A stretch of DNA of 35,682 bases from IMG/VR virus record IMGVR_UViG_3300027687_000005. One strand, written 5' to 3'. The notes under the pieces were generated by a model. That model ran no database searches and was not told where the DNA came from. It saw only the letters and a list, made by a program, of their open reading frames with translations. Below, piece after piece: positions 16,436-25,790 of the stretch. The stretch is from an uncultured virus (IMG/VR IMGVR_UViG_3300027687_000005). Taxonomy: Duplodnaviria > Heunggongvirae > Uroviricota > Caudoviricetes. Positions within the stretch are counted from its first letter, which is position 1. Each line of letters starts with the position of its first letter. The position numbers were made by a program, and so were the translations under genes.

Positions 16436-18568
16436 ATGGCAGAGATTAACGACCTTTCGTTTGAGACAGACGATGTAACAGCAGCAGAGGATACCAAGGA
16501 TAGTATCTTTGAAGAAGCCTCTAGTGTTGTTTCTTTTGTTCAATCACGGTTCACACGTTCTGAAGACTCACGGCGTTCAGATGAAGAGCGTTGGCTTAAA
16601 GCATACCGCAACTATCGTGGCCTCTATAGCTCTAGCGTAAAGTTTACTGACACTGAGAAGTCTCGTGTGTTTGTTAAGGTAACTAAAACCAAGACACTTG
16701 CTGCTTATGGTTCTATTACAGATGTACTATTCGGTAACAACAAGTTCCCTATGACGGTTGACCCTTCTGTACTTCCAGATGGAGTAGCAGAGTCAGTACA
16801 CATTAACATTGACCCTAATGCTGCCGCTGCTGGTGATGCACTTAAAGCTGTGACACAACAACCTGCTCCTAGACCTTATCTTATAGGCCCTGACACTAAG
16901 CTATTGCCGGGTGAGACACTTAATGACCTATCTGCACGTTTAGGCCCTCTGTCAGGTAAACTAGGCCCTGTTAGTGATAAGCTAATTGAGGGTGACGGTA
17001 CTACACCAAGCACAGTTACATTTCATCCTGCATTGATTGCAGCTAAAAAGATGGAAAAGAAGATCCATGACCAGCTAGACGAATCCGGTGCATCTGTGCA
17101 TCTACGTTCTATGGCCTTTGAGATGGCTCTACTTGGAACAGGTGTCATGAAAGGCCCCTTTGCTGTAGATAAAGAGTATCCTAACTGGGATGAAGATGGT
17201 GAGTATTCACCTATCGTTAAAACAGTACCACAAACAAATCACGTATCATGCTGGAACTTCTACCCTGATCCAGAAGCTGCTTCTATGGATGACGCAGAGT
17301 ACATTATTGAACGCCATAAGATGTCACGCACACAACTTCGTGGCCTTAAAAACCGTCCATACTTCATGAAAGATGCTATGGACACTGCTATCTCCAAAGG
17401 CCCTGACTATGTGCAGAAGCACTGGGAAATGGCTATGGAAGATGATGAAGCTACTCCTGAGTCAGAGCGCTGGGAAGTGTTGGAGTTCTGGGGTTTTGTA
17501 GATGTAGACATTCTTGAAGAGCATGGTGTTAAGATACCTCGTGAGTATAAAGACTTAGATGAGCTTAACTGTAACATCTGGACATGTAATGGAGAAGTAT
17601 TACGTTTTGTACTCAATCCATTTAAACCAGCACGTATCCCATACTATGCAGTACCTTATGAGCATAACCCTTACAGCTTCTTTGGTATCGGCATTGCTGA
17701 GAACATGGATGACACGCAGACCTTGATGAATGGCTTTATGCGTATGGCTATTGACAATGCTGCTCTATCTGGTAACCTCATTATTGAAGTAGATGAGACT
17801 AACCTTGTTCCTGGACAGGACTTAAGTGTGTACCCGGGAAAAGTGTTTAGGCGTCAAGGGGGTGCCCCGGGTCAAGCAATCTTTGGCACCAAGTTCCCCA
17901 ACGTAGCCCAAGAAAACATGCAACTCTTTGATAAAGCACGAGTACTTGCTGATGAGTCTACTGGTTTCCCTAGTTTTGCTCATGGTCAAACGGGAGTCAG
18001 TGGTGTTGGACGTACTGCTTCTGGTATTAGTATGCTTATGTCTGCTGCTAATGGTAGTATCCGTGCAGTAGTTAAGAACGTTGATGACTATCTTATACGA
18101 CCAATGGGTAAGGCATTCTTTGCATTTAACATGCAGTTTGACTTTGATGAGTCTATTCGTGGTGACTTAGAAGTTCGCGCATCCGGTACAGAGAGCCTTA
18201 TGGCTAATGAAGTACGCTCACAACGATTAATGCAGTTCCTGCAAGTAGCACAGAACCCAGTATTAGCTCCCTTTGCTAAGATGGACTACATCATTCGTGA
18301 GATTGCTAAGTCTATGGATCTTGATCCCGATAAGGTTACTAACTCTATGCAGGATGCTGCTATCCAAGCTGAGATCCTCAAAGGCTTCCAGACGCCACCT
18401 CCGGCCCCTACAGGCCCTGAAGGCGTTCCAATGCCCCAAGGTGGCCCAGCGCCACAAGGACAAGGCCCAGCAGGTGTACAGGACACTACAGGAAGCGGCG
18501 GTGCTCAGATGGGCATAGGTACAGCACCAACTCCGGGCGAACAAGGGTTCAGTGGTAATGTCGCTTAA
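16436..18568 (+). CDS. Portal protein
   Basis: 710 aa directly after TerL; LGTGVMKGP, FFGIGIAE, RTASGISML, Pro/Gly-rich tail. Confidence 0.9.
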   Translation: MAEINDLSFETDDVTAAEDTKDSIFEEASSVVSFVQSRFTRSEDSRRSDEERWLKAYRNYRGLYSSSVKFTDTEKSRVFVKVTKTKTLAAYGSITDVLFGNNKFPMTVDPSVLPDGVAESVHINIDPNAAAAGDALKAVTQQPAPRPYLIGPDTKLLPGETLNDLSARLGPLSGKLGPVSDKLIEGDGTTPSTVTFHPALIAAKKMEKKIHDQLDESGASVHLRSMAFEMALLGTGVMKGPFAVDKEYPNWDEDGEYSPIVKTVPQTNHVSCWNFYPDPEAASMDDAEYIIERHKMSRTQLRGLKNRPYFMKDAMDTAISKGPDYVQKHWEMAMEDDEATPESERWEVLEFWGFVDVDILEEHGVKIPREYKDLDELNCNIWTCNGEVLRFVLNPFKPARIPYYAVPYEHNPYSFFGIGIAENMDDTQTLMNGFMRMAIDNAALSGNLIIEVDETNLVPGQDLSVYPGKVFRRQGGAPGQAIFGTKFPNVAQENMQLFDKARVLADESTGFPSFAHGQTGVSGVGRTASGISMLMSAANGSIRAVVKNVDDYLIRPMGKAFFAFNMQFDFDESIRGDLEVRASGTESLMANEVRSQRLMQFLQVAQNPVLAPFAKMDYIIREIAKSMDLDPDKVTNSMQDAAIQAEILKGFQTPPPAPTGPEGVPMPQGGPAPQGQGPAGVQDTTGSGGAQMGIGTAPTPGEQGFSGNVA

Positions 18569-18746
18569 GAAGCTAGTAAACGATAAAGAACTATGGGATG
18601 CATTTACTCAAGAGTTAGATGAGTGCATCTCACAGCAACACAAGAGTATTGAGAACATATCTGATCCTGTAGAAGTGTATCGCGCTCAAGGTAAGATCTC
18701 AGCATACCGTAACTTGAAGTACTTGAGGGACAAAGTGAATGGCTGA
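18552..18746 (+). CDS. Small conserved post-portal protein (start probably 18558)
   Basis: VYRAQGKI..L..L motif. Confidence 0.75.
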   Translation: MVMSLKKLVNDKELWDAFTQELDECISQQHKSIENISDPVEVYRAQGKISAYRNLKYLRDKVNG

Positions 18747-21135
18747 TATAGATAACCAAATGGAAGAAGCTCTACGTTCTTCTATGAACAGCGGCTCCCT
18801 ACAGTCTAAAGAAGAACAGAAGGCAGCACAGGCTGAGCTTAAAGTTTTTACTGACCAGAGAAACAGCGTAGACTTTACCCTTAAGGATGCTGCTACCTTT
18901 GTTGCTGAGATGACACCTATTGTTGGTGACGCTATGGCAGCTAGAGAAGTCTATGATGAACTACAGAAAGATGAACCTAACTACTACTTAGCGGGTGCGC
19001 TGGGCGGTGCTGCACTTATAGGGCTTATTCCCGGTGTAGGTGATATAGCTGCTAAGGCTATTAGGAAGGGTGCTAAGGAAGTATTTGATGTAGCCAAGCG
19101 TGTAGAGGTTGACCCTAATGCTATGGGTTCTGGTCTTGGCAATGTTAAGTTAAAGCCTAAAGAAATAGAGCTACCTCCTGCTGAAAACTCCGCTAAAACG
19201 CAAATATCAGGAACCCTTCCTACTTACAAGAAAGCGGATACACTACTAACTGAGCTATCAGGAGAAGGTAAAACGCTAGACTTTGGTGCAGGCTTAGGCC
19301 TGTCAAAGAAAGAGCTTGGCTTTGATACGTATGAACCTTTTCCTAAGGCTGACTTTACGCCTGACTTCAGCAACCCTTCTGACATACCATCAAACTCGTA
19401 TAGTAAAGTTACTAATCTAAACGTACTAAACGTAGTACCAAGAGATGTTAGAGACACTATTGTACAGGATATTGGACGTATACTTGAGCCTAATGGTAGG
19501 GCCGTTATAACTACACGTGGTAGGGATGTAATGGCTGCTAAGGGTAAAGCTGGCCCAGAACCTATGTCTATTATAACCTCTTCAGATACTTATCAAAAAG
19601 GCTTTACACAGCCTGAGCTTAGATCCTACATAACAGACACACTGGGAGATGGCTTTGCAGTAACCAACAATAAGCTGGGTGCAGCTGGTGTTACAGTACA
19701 TAAGCTACCTACACAAAACTTCAACGAAGGCGGAATAGTAATGGATGATCAAACAAGACAGGCCTTCGCACTAGGTGGCTTAGCAGAAGATGTAGACCCA
19801 GTGTCAGGCAATGAAGTGCCAGTAGGTTCTATGCCAGAAGAAGTACGAGATGATATTCCTGCTCAACTGAGTGAAGGTGAGTATGTTGTACCTGCTGATG
19901 TAGTACGCTTCTTTGGTGTTAAGTTCTTTGAGGACATTCGTGCTGAAGCTAAACAAGGCTTTGCTCAGATGGAAGCTAATGGTCGTGTAGGTGGTGAGCC
20001 TGTTAGTGGTATGGAAATGGGTGGCGATGAGTTACCCTTTGATGTATCAGAACTACAGATGGTTGACGATGGAGAGCCAGAACAGCCTATGATGAATAAG
20101 GGTGGTTACATTTCTGGTTATGCTGCAGGTGGTTTTAATCCTTATAGCAGCATTGGTGGTGGCTTTGAGATTCGTACCTACATTGGCCCTGATGGTCAAA
20201 AGCAATACATACAGTTTATGAATGGTTCACCTATTTCCCCTATTCCTGCAGGTTACACTCCTGAAGCAGCTGTTGCAGAACAAGTAGCTGAACAGGTTGC
20301 TACTTCTGCTTCTACAGGTACTACTGCACCCTCTTCCTCTCAATTAAGTGAAGATAGAGGTACTTATACTGGTGGAGATGATTCACAAGAACCCCCTGAA
20401 TCTATTGATTGGGCAAACCCAGATGAAGGTACTCCTGAAAAGTTCCAAGAAGTAATGGGACAAATGACGGGTACGGGTAGTACAGTATTTACTGGTTTAG
20501 CTACATTGGTTGGTGGCCCCTTGATGGGACTAGGTATAAAAGGTATGATGAAGTTACAAAGTAACGCTATGCTTAAAGGTATACAATCTCAGCTTGATAA
20601 CCCTGACATTGGTGAAACGCAAAGGATTAAACTAACGCAGATTCAATACCAAATGCAAGGTAAAGATGAAAACGGTAATGACAAGCCAGAAATAAAGAAC
20701 TTGGCTAACTTGTTTGACGGGGATACATATAAAGGTAACAGCCTATCAGAGAGCATAGCTAATATGTTCACTGCAAAAGATGGCAAGTCTTACAGGAATG
20801 GTCAACTTGTAGATGACGTGACAGGTGCGGTTCTTGAGCCAGGTATTATGAATAGCACCAGCAATGATAACAATACACCTCCAGCTGCTGCAGTAGCAAC
20901 TACTGTTGCACCTATAGTAGATAATAACGATAACAACAATGGCGGTAGCTACACTGGCGGCAGTAGCCCAAATCTAGGATATAGCTCATCAACACCTATA
21001 GCTGATGCAAGACCCGTAGCAAGAACCCCTTCCGCTACAGGGTCTGGTGTTGGAGCCTCTGGCCCAGCTGGCGGTGGTAATTGGTCACCCTCTACTAAAA
21101 AGAAAAAACAGTATCTTGGTAACAGTGGAAAATAA
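18739..21135 (+). CDS. Internal virion protein with pre-toxin-like N-terminus and class I SAM methyltransferase domain
   Basis: TPIVGD...LIPGVGD; LDFGAGLG, YEP, NVLNVV, ILEPNGRAVI; DDIPAQLSEGEYVVPADVV core; located in the head module. Confidence 0.7.
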   Translation: MADIDNQMEEALRSSMNSGSLQSKEEQKAAQAELKVFTDQRNSVDFTLKDAATFVAEMTPIVGDAMAAREVYDELQKDEPNYYLAGALGGAALIGLIPGVGDIAAKAIRKGAKEVFDVAKRVEVDPNAMGSGLGNVKLKPKEIELPPAENSAKTQISGTLPTYKKADTLLTELSGEGKTLDFGAGLGLSKKELGFDTYEPFPKADFTPDFSNPSDIPSNSYSKVTNLNVLNVVPRDVRDTIVQDIGRILEPNGRAVITTRGRDVMAAKGKAGPEPMSIITSSDTYQKGFTQPELRSYITDTLGDGFAVTNNKLGAAGVTVHKLPTQNFNEGGIVMDDQTRQAFALGGLAEDVDPVSGNEVPVGSMPEEVRDDIPAQLSEGEYVVPADVVRFFGVKFFEDIRAEAKQGFAQMEANGRVGGEPVSGMEMGGDELPFDVSELQMVDDGEPEQPMMNKGGYISGYAAGGFNPYSSIGGGFEIRTYIGPDGQKQYIQFMNGSPISPIPAGYTPEAAVAEQVAEQVATSASTGTTAPSSSQLSEDRGTYTGGDDSQEPPESIDWANPDEGTPEKFQEVMGQMTGTGSTVFTGLATLVGGPLMGLGIKGMMKLQSNAMLKGIQSQLDNPDIGETQRIKLTQIQYQMQGKDENGNDKPEIKNLANLFDGDTYKGNSLSESIANMFTAKDGKSYRNGQLVDDVTGAVLEPGIMNSTSNDNNTPPAAAVATTVAPIVDNNDNNNGGSYTGGSSPNLGYSSSTPIADARPVARTPSATGSGVGASGPAGGGNWSPSTKKKKQYLGNSGK

Positions 21136-21223
21136 TAAGAGGGTCTACAAGTAACACTACAAGACTACCCATATAACTATAAGGCTACCCAGCTACGGCT
21201 GGCCCCAACATAAGGAGAAAAAC

Positions 21224-22162
21224 ATGTCGGAAGCCCAACTGCAGACTGATTCTGCGTCACACCAACGAAATACAAACCGTGTTATGCGGGATGAAGAGGA
21301 ACTAAAAGCCCTACTCAAAGAAGCGGGGGTAGTTACAGAGGCAGCAGATGAAGAAGCTGAAGAAACCACCCAAGAGGAACCCGATAGCACGGAGCCTGTC
21401 GAACCCAGTGTTCAGGCAGAGAGTAGTTCCGAACAAGAAGAAGAACCAAAAGCCGAAGCACAAGATGAAGATCTAAGTGCAGAGGAAAAGAACTTCAAGA
21501 AGCGTTATGGTGATCTACGGCGGCACACTCAAGAGAAAGAGAAAGAGTTCCAAGCACAGCTGGATAAACTCACATCTCAACTTGATGCAGCATCAAAGAA
21601 TGAGCTTGTACTACCTAAGTCAGAAGATGAAGTAGAAGCTTGGGCTAAGAAGTACCCAGATGTTGCTGGTATGGTAGAAGCTATTGCTGATAAAAAAGCT
21701 AATGAACGCTCCTCTGAGCTAGATAGTCGCCTTAAAGAGATTGAGAAGTTACGCACACAGGCTCGTAGAGAGAAGTCCGAAGCAGAGCTTATGTCTATGC
21801 ACCCCGACTTTGCACAGATACGCTCTGATGACGCCTTCCACAAGTGGGCAGAGACACAGCCTAAAGTGGTACAGGATGCACTATATGAGAATGTAGATGA
21901 TGTTAAGTCTATTGCACGTGTACTAGATCTGTATAAGTCAGATAACGGCATCAAGACAAAGAAAGTTACCTCTACTGCTGATAAGGATGCAGCTACCTCA
22001 GTTAAAGGTAAACGCACCGTAGTAGATGCAAATGACTCTTCAACCTACCTCAGAGAATCACAGGTAGCGAAGATGTCTATTAAAGAATACGAGAAGCGTC
22101 AAGACGAGATTATAGACGCTCAACGTAAAGGCAAGTTTATTTACGATATGTCAAAGAAATAG
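21224..22162 (+). CDS. Capsid scaffolding protein
   Basis: Acidic N-terminus, FKKRYGDLR coiled coil, HPDF; directly upstream of the capsid gene. Confidence 0.85.
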   Translation: MSEAQLQTDSASHQRNTNRVMRDEEELKALLKEAGVVTEAADEEAEETTQEEPDSTEPVEPSVQAESSSEQEEEPKAEAQDEDLSAEEKNFKKRYGDLRRHTQEKEKEFQAQLDKLTSQLDAASKNELVLPKSEDEVEAWAKKYPDVAGMVEAIADKKANERSSELDSRLKEIEKLRTQARREKSEAELMSMHPDFAQIRSDDAFHKWAETQPKVVQDALYENVDDVKSIARVLDLYKSDNGIKTKKVTSTADKDAATSVKGKRTVVDANDSSTYLRESQVAKMSIKEYEKRQDEIIDAQRKGKFIYDMSKK

Positions 22163-22163
22163 T

Positions 22164-22192
22164 TTGACATTCCTTGATTAGTAGATAAAACT
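22164..22192 (+). promoter_or_regulatory. Capsid gene promoter
   Basis: TTGACA-16-TAAAACT. Confidence 0.6.
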
Positions 22193-22400
22193 ATAGGCAT
22201 GTACATTGTTAGGTGATAACCCTTTGTACATGCTTTTAACTAAGCACTCCCACATAAAAGAACTACCTCCAATTATAGGCCCAGCGCTCCAAGGGTGGCA
22301 ATCCTAAGAGCAACGCTGACTACCCTAATAAGAAGAGCCTCTTTTCAGTGAATATGTAGTGTCTATCCCCTAAGCCACATATCTTTGAAAGGATTTTCTC

Positions 22401-23468
22401 ATGGCTATTACTTCCGCATCAGGCGGCTTTAACGGTAGCTGGTCCCCAGTTATTTATTCCAAGCAGGCACAGATTGCTCTACGCAAATCTGCCATCACTA
22501 ACGCAATCACAAACAACTCTTACTTTGGTGAGATTGCTAACCAAGGCGACACAGTTCGCATCCAGAAAGAGCCAGACGTAACTGTTAACGCTCTGCAACG
22601 TCACACAGGTATCTCAGTAGAGAAACTTGACGACACTGACTTCTCTTTGACCATCGACAAAGCCAACTACTTTGCTTTCAAAATGGATGACATTGAAGAT
22701 CAATTCGCAAACGTAGACTTCTCATCTTTGGCAGCAAATCGTGCAGCCTATAAGATGGCTGACGCAATGGACCAAGACTGCTTGTCTTACCTGTCAGGTC
22801 ACACTACTGCAGGCGCTTTCATCACTTCCACTTCTGGTGATGCACAGCACGCAACAGCTGGTTCTTTAACTGGTGAATTGTTTACTGCAAACCACTTGGA
22901 CGCAACTGACTTCGGTTCGTTGGGTACAGCTGACTCCGCTTCAACAGCTTATGCTAATGGCGATTCCATTCCTCTTGCTCCACGTCTTCCAGGCGCAACA
23001 GCGTTGTCTACAGCGACTGTTTCTCCTTTGACTGTTCTTGCACGTATGGCACGTCAGATGGACACAGCTAATGTGGACTCTCGTGGGCGTTATGTCGTTC
23101 TTGACCCGGTGTTTATTGAGATGCTCAAAGACGAGGATTCTCGCGTAATGAATGCCGACTTCGGTGGTACAGGCCTTATGAACGGCTTGGTATTGAACAA
23201 CCTGCACGGCTTCCGTGTTTATGTGTCCAATAATCTTCCTAAGAAGGGCTCAGGCGCCGGAACTTCTGGGGCTTTGGCACAGGACGTAAACTTTGGCGTG
23301 ATTGTTGCTGGTCAAGACGAAGCTTGCGCTTCTGCTGAGCAGATCAACAAAGTAGAGAACTACCGTGACCCAGACAGCTTTGCTGACATTGTTCGTGGTA
23401 TGCATCTATATGGTCGCAAGATTCTTCGTCCAGAAGCTCTTGTAACAGCACACTATAACGCTGCTTAA
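22401..23468 (+). CDS. Major capsid protein
   Basis: PVIYSK, GEIANQGDTVRI, FAFKMDDIE, FADIVRGMHLYGRKILRPE; strong codon bias. Confidence 0.92.
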   Translation: MAITSASGGFNGSWSPVIYSKQAQIALRKSAITNAITNNSYFGEIANQGDTVRIQKEPDVTVNALQRHTGISVEKLDDTDFSLTIDKANYFAFKMDDIEDQFANVDFSSLAANRAAYKMADAMDQDCLSYLSGHTTAGAFITSTSGDAQHATAGSLTGELFTANHLDATDFGSLGTADSASTAYANGDSIPLAPRLPGATALSTATVSPLTVLARMARQMDTANVDSRGRYVVLDPVFIEMLKDEDSRVMNADFGGTGLMNGLVLNNLHGFRVYVSNNLPKKGSGAGTSGALAQDVNFGVIVAGQDEACASAEQINKVENYRDPDSFADIVRGMHLYGRKILRPEALVTAHYNAA

Positions 23469-23481
23469 TCTAACTAAAGTC

Positions 23482-23512
23482 GGGGCTGGCCTAGTGCTGG
23501 CCCCTTCCCTCT
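23482..23512 (+). terminator. Possible terminator hairpin after the capsid gene
   Basis: GGGGCTGGC-CTAGT-GCTGGCCCC with G-U pairs, then a pyrimidine tract (weak U tail). Confidence 0.5.
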
Positions 23513-23531
23513 TACCTTAAGGCATACAACA

Positions 23532-24248
23532 ATGGCTACTTATATTACATTAGTAAATGATTTGCTTCGTAGGCTTAACGAGGTTAGTATTAACACTACC
23601 GACTTTGATACAGTAAGAAACATCCAAGCCATAGCTAAGGATGCTATAAACTCATCAGTACGTGAGATACTGCAAGAGGCCCAAGAGTGGCCCTTCACGA
23701 TAGTTACATATACACAAGCATTAACAGTAGGCACAGGAACTTATGACTTCCCTGCAGACTTCTCTAAGGTAGATTGGGAAACCTTTTACCTCAAGTCTCT
23801 GGATGGATCAACCCCTTCGCCGCTACCCGTACTAACATATGAAATGTATCTTCAATCTTACCGTGCTAGTGATGATAGCAGCGGTGAAGCAGGATACAAT
23901 CTTCCTACATGCGTCTATAAAACACAGGAAGATAAGTTTGGTATTACACCCCTTCCTGACAAAACATATAGCATTGAGTATCGTTACTGGAAATACCCAG
24001 AAGACTTATCACTTGCTGATGACGTGTGTGTTATACCTTCTAGGTTTAAGCATATCCTTATTGATGGTGCTATGATGTACATGATGCGTTTCCGCTCTAA
24101 CGAACAGTCTGCTAACATCCATCAAGATAAGTTTACAAAAGGCATTAAGTCCATGCGTAGGTTAATTGTTGATAGTCCTACCCAACTATACTCCACTGTA
24201 ACTGGTGGCTTTCAGAGTTCTACCGCACCTAAGAAAAGCTTCTTCTAA
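23532..24248 (+). CDS. Head-tail adaptor (tail tubular protein A-like)
   Basis: TYITLVNDLLRRLNE, WPF, P.PDKTY; position after capsid. Confidence 0.75.
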   Translation: MATYITLVNDLLRRLNEVSINTTDFDTVRNIQAIAKDAINSSVREILQEAQEWPFTIVTYTQALTVGTGTYDFPADFSKVDWETFYLKSLDGSTPSPLPVLTYEMYLQSYRASDDSSGEAGYNLPTCVYKTQEDKFGITPLPDKTYSIEYRYWKYPEDLSLADDVCVIPSRFKHILIDGAMMYMMRFRSNEQSANIHQDKFTKGIKSMRRLIVDSPTQLYSTVTGGFQSSTAPKKSFF

Positions 24249-25787
24249 ATGGATAACCTAAAAACTCACCTTACAGTTTGTGCAGGTGGTCTTGTAACTA
24301 ACGTAGACCCTCTCACGCAGGCATCTGCTATGAGTGGCAGCGCTATACGTATGATTAACTACGAGCCATCTCTTTCTGGTGGCTATCGGCGCATTAGTGG
24401 ATACCTTAATGACTATGGTACTGTCGCAGGTACAGGCTCTATTCTTGGTGTTAATGTAAATGCTAATATAAATGATGGTATTTTTGCTTGCAGGAAACCT
24501 TCTTCTGGGTATAACTATCTACACAAGTGGAATAACAGTACGACTAGCTGGGATGCAGTGACATCCGCTGGTACACCTAACATGACAAACGTTTCTCGTG
24601 TACGGTTTATTAATTATAACTGGTCATCGGAGAGTATGCTTCTAACTGATGGTGTTAATCCTGCAGCTGTTTATGATGGCACTACTTATACCGCTCTTAC
24701 TCATGCAAATGCTCCTACTAACCCAAAGTATTCAGAAGAGTTTGCTTCTCATGTATTTCTAGCAGGAGACTCTGCAGATACACAGATACTTCACTTCAGC
24801 GCCCCTTTAAATGCTGTAGACTTTAGCCCAGCCAATGGTTCAGGTGTTATCAACGTAGGCTACAAGATAACAGCCATCAAAAGGTTTCGTAATGAGTTAT
24901 ACATCTTTGGTGCGAACAGTATTAAGAAGCTTGTAGGCAATAGCATAGCTGATTTTCAGTTACAGAGTGTAACATCTAACCTTGGTTGTGTTGCCCCTGA
25001 CTCCGTAGTAGAGTTTGGTGGTGATCTACTCTTCTTGGGGCCAGACGGTATTCGTCCTATTTCTGGCACTGACCGCATTGGTGACGTTGAACTTGCCCCC
25101 GTATCTAAAGAGATTCAAGACATTTTTGACAGGTACTACTTGTCTGAGGAAGTCTCAGATGTTAGTATTGCAGTAATACAAAAAAAGTCTCAGTTCCGGT
25201 TCTTCTTTAAGAATGATTCATCTCTCTCCCTTATTGGTGCTATTCGTAAGAGCCAAGGTAAGCAGAGTATTTTTGAGTACAGCCAGCTTATTGGCATAGA
25301 AGCTAACTGTGTAGCTAGTGGTTACATTGGGCAGTTTGAACATGTGATACATGGGGATACCGCAGGTAAAGTTCATAGGCAGGAACGTGGTGTTTCTTTT
25401 GCAGGAGGGGATATATTTAGCCTATATCAAACACCCTACTACTACATGGAAGACCCTGAGGTACGTAAAAACATCTACGACATTAACACATACATGAAGT
25501 CAGAAGGTACTACAGAAGTATTTGTAGGTGTCTCATATGACTATGATGACATTAATACTAACAACCCTACAACCTATGACTTTTCTACACAAGGTGCAGC
25601 TGCACTATACGGCACAGCTATCTACGGTTCTGGTGACATCTATGATGGTAATCCGTCCCCTAAGAAGCAAACAAGCATATCAGGCTCTGGTAAATCGGTT
25701 TCTATCAGTTATGTTACTAACAATCAAAGTGCAAGCCATACTATTCAAGCCATTACGCTTACTTATGGCATAGCAGACAGGAGATAA
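24249..25787 (+). CDS. Tail nozzle/stabilisation protein
   Basis: Beta-propeller-like; GGL, GYRRI.G, LGCVAPDSV..GGDLLFL..DGIR. Confidence 0.75.
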   Translation: MDNLKTHLTVCAGGLVTNVDPLTQASAMSGSAIRMINYEPSLSGGYRRISGYLNDYGTVAGTGSILGVNVNANINDGIFACRKPSSGYNYLHKWNNSTTSWDAVTSAGTPNMTNVSRVRFINYNWSSESMLLTDGVNPAAVYDGTTYTALTHANAPTNPKYSEEFASHVFLAGDSADTQILHFSAPLNAVDFSPANGSGVINVGYKITAIKRFRNELYIFGANSIKKLVGNSIADFQLQSVTSNLGCVAPDSVVEFGGDLLFLGPDGIRPISGTDRIGDVELAPVSKEIQDIFDRYYLSEEVSDVSIAVIQKKSQFRFFFKNDSSLSLIGAIRKSQGKQSIFEYSQLIGIEANCVASGYIGQFEHVIHGDTAGKVHRQERGVSFAGGDIFSLYQTPYYYMEDPEVRKNIYDINTYMKSEGTTEVFVGVSYDYDDINTNNPTTYDFSTQGAAALYGTAIYGSGDIYDGNPSPKKQTSISGSGKSVSISYVTNNQSASHTIQAITLTYGIADRR

Positions 25788-25790
25788 ACC

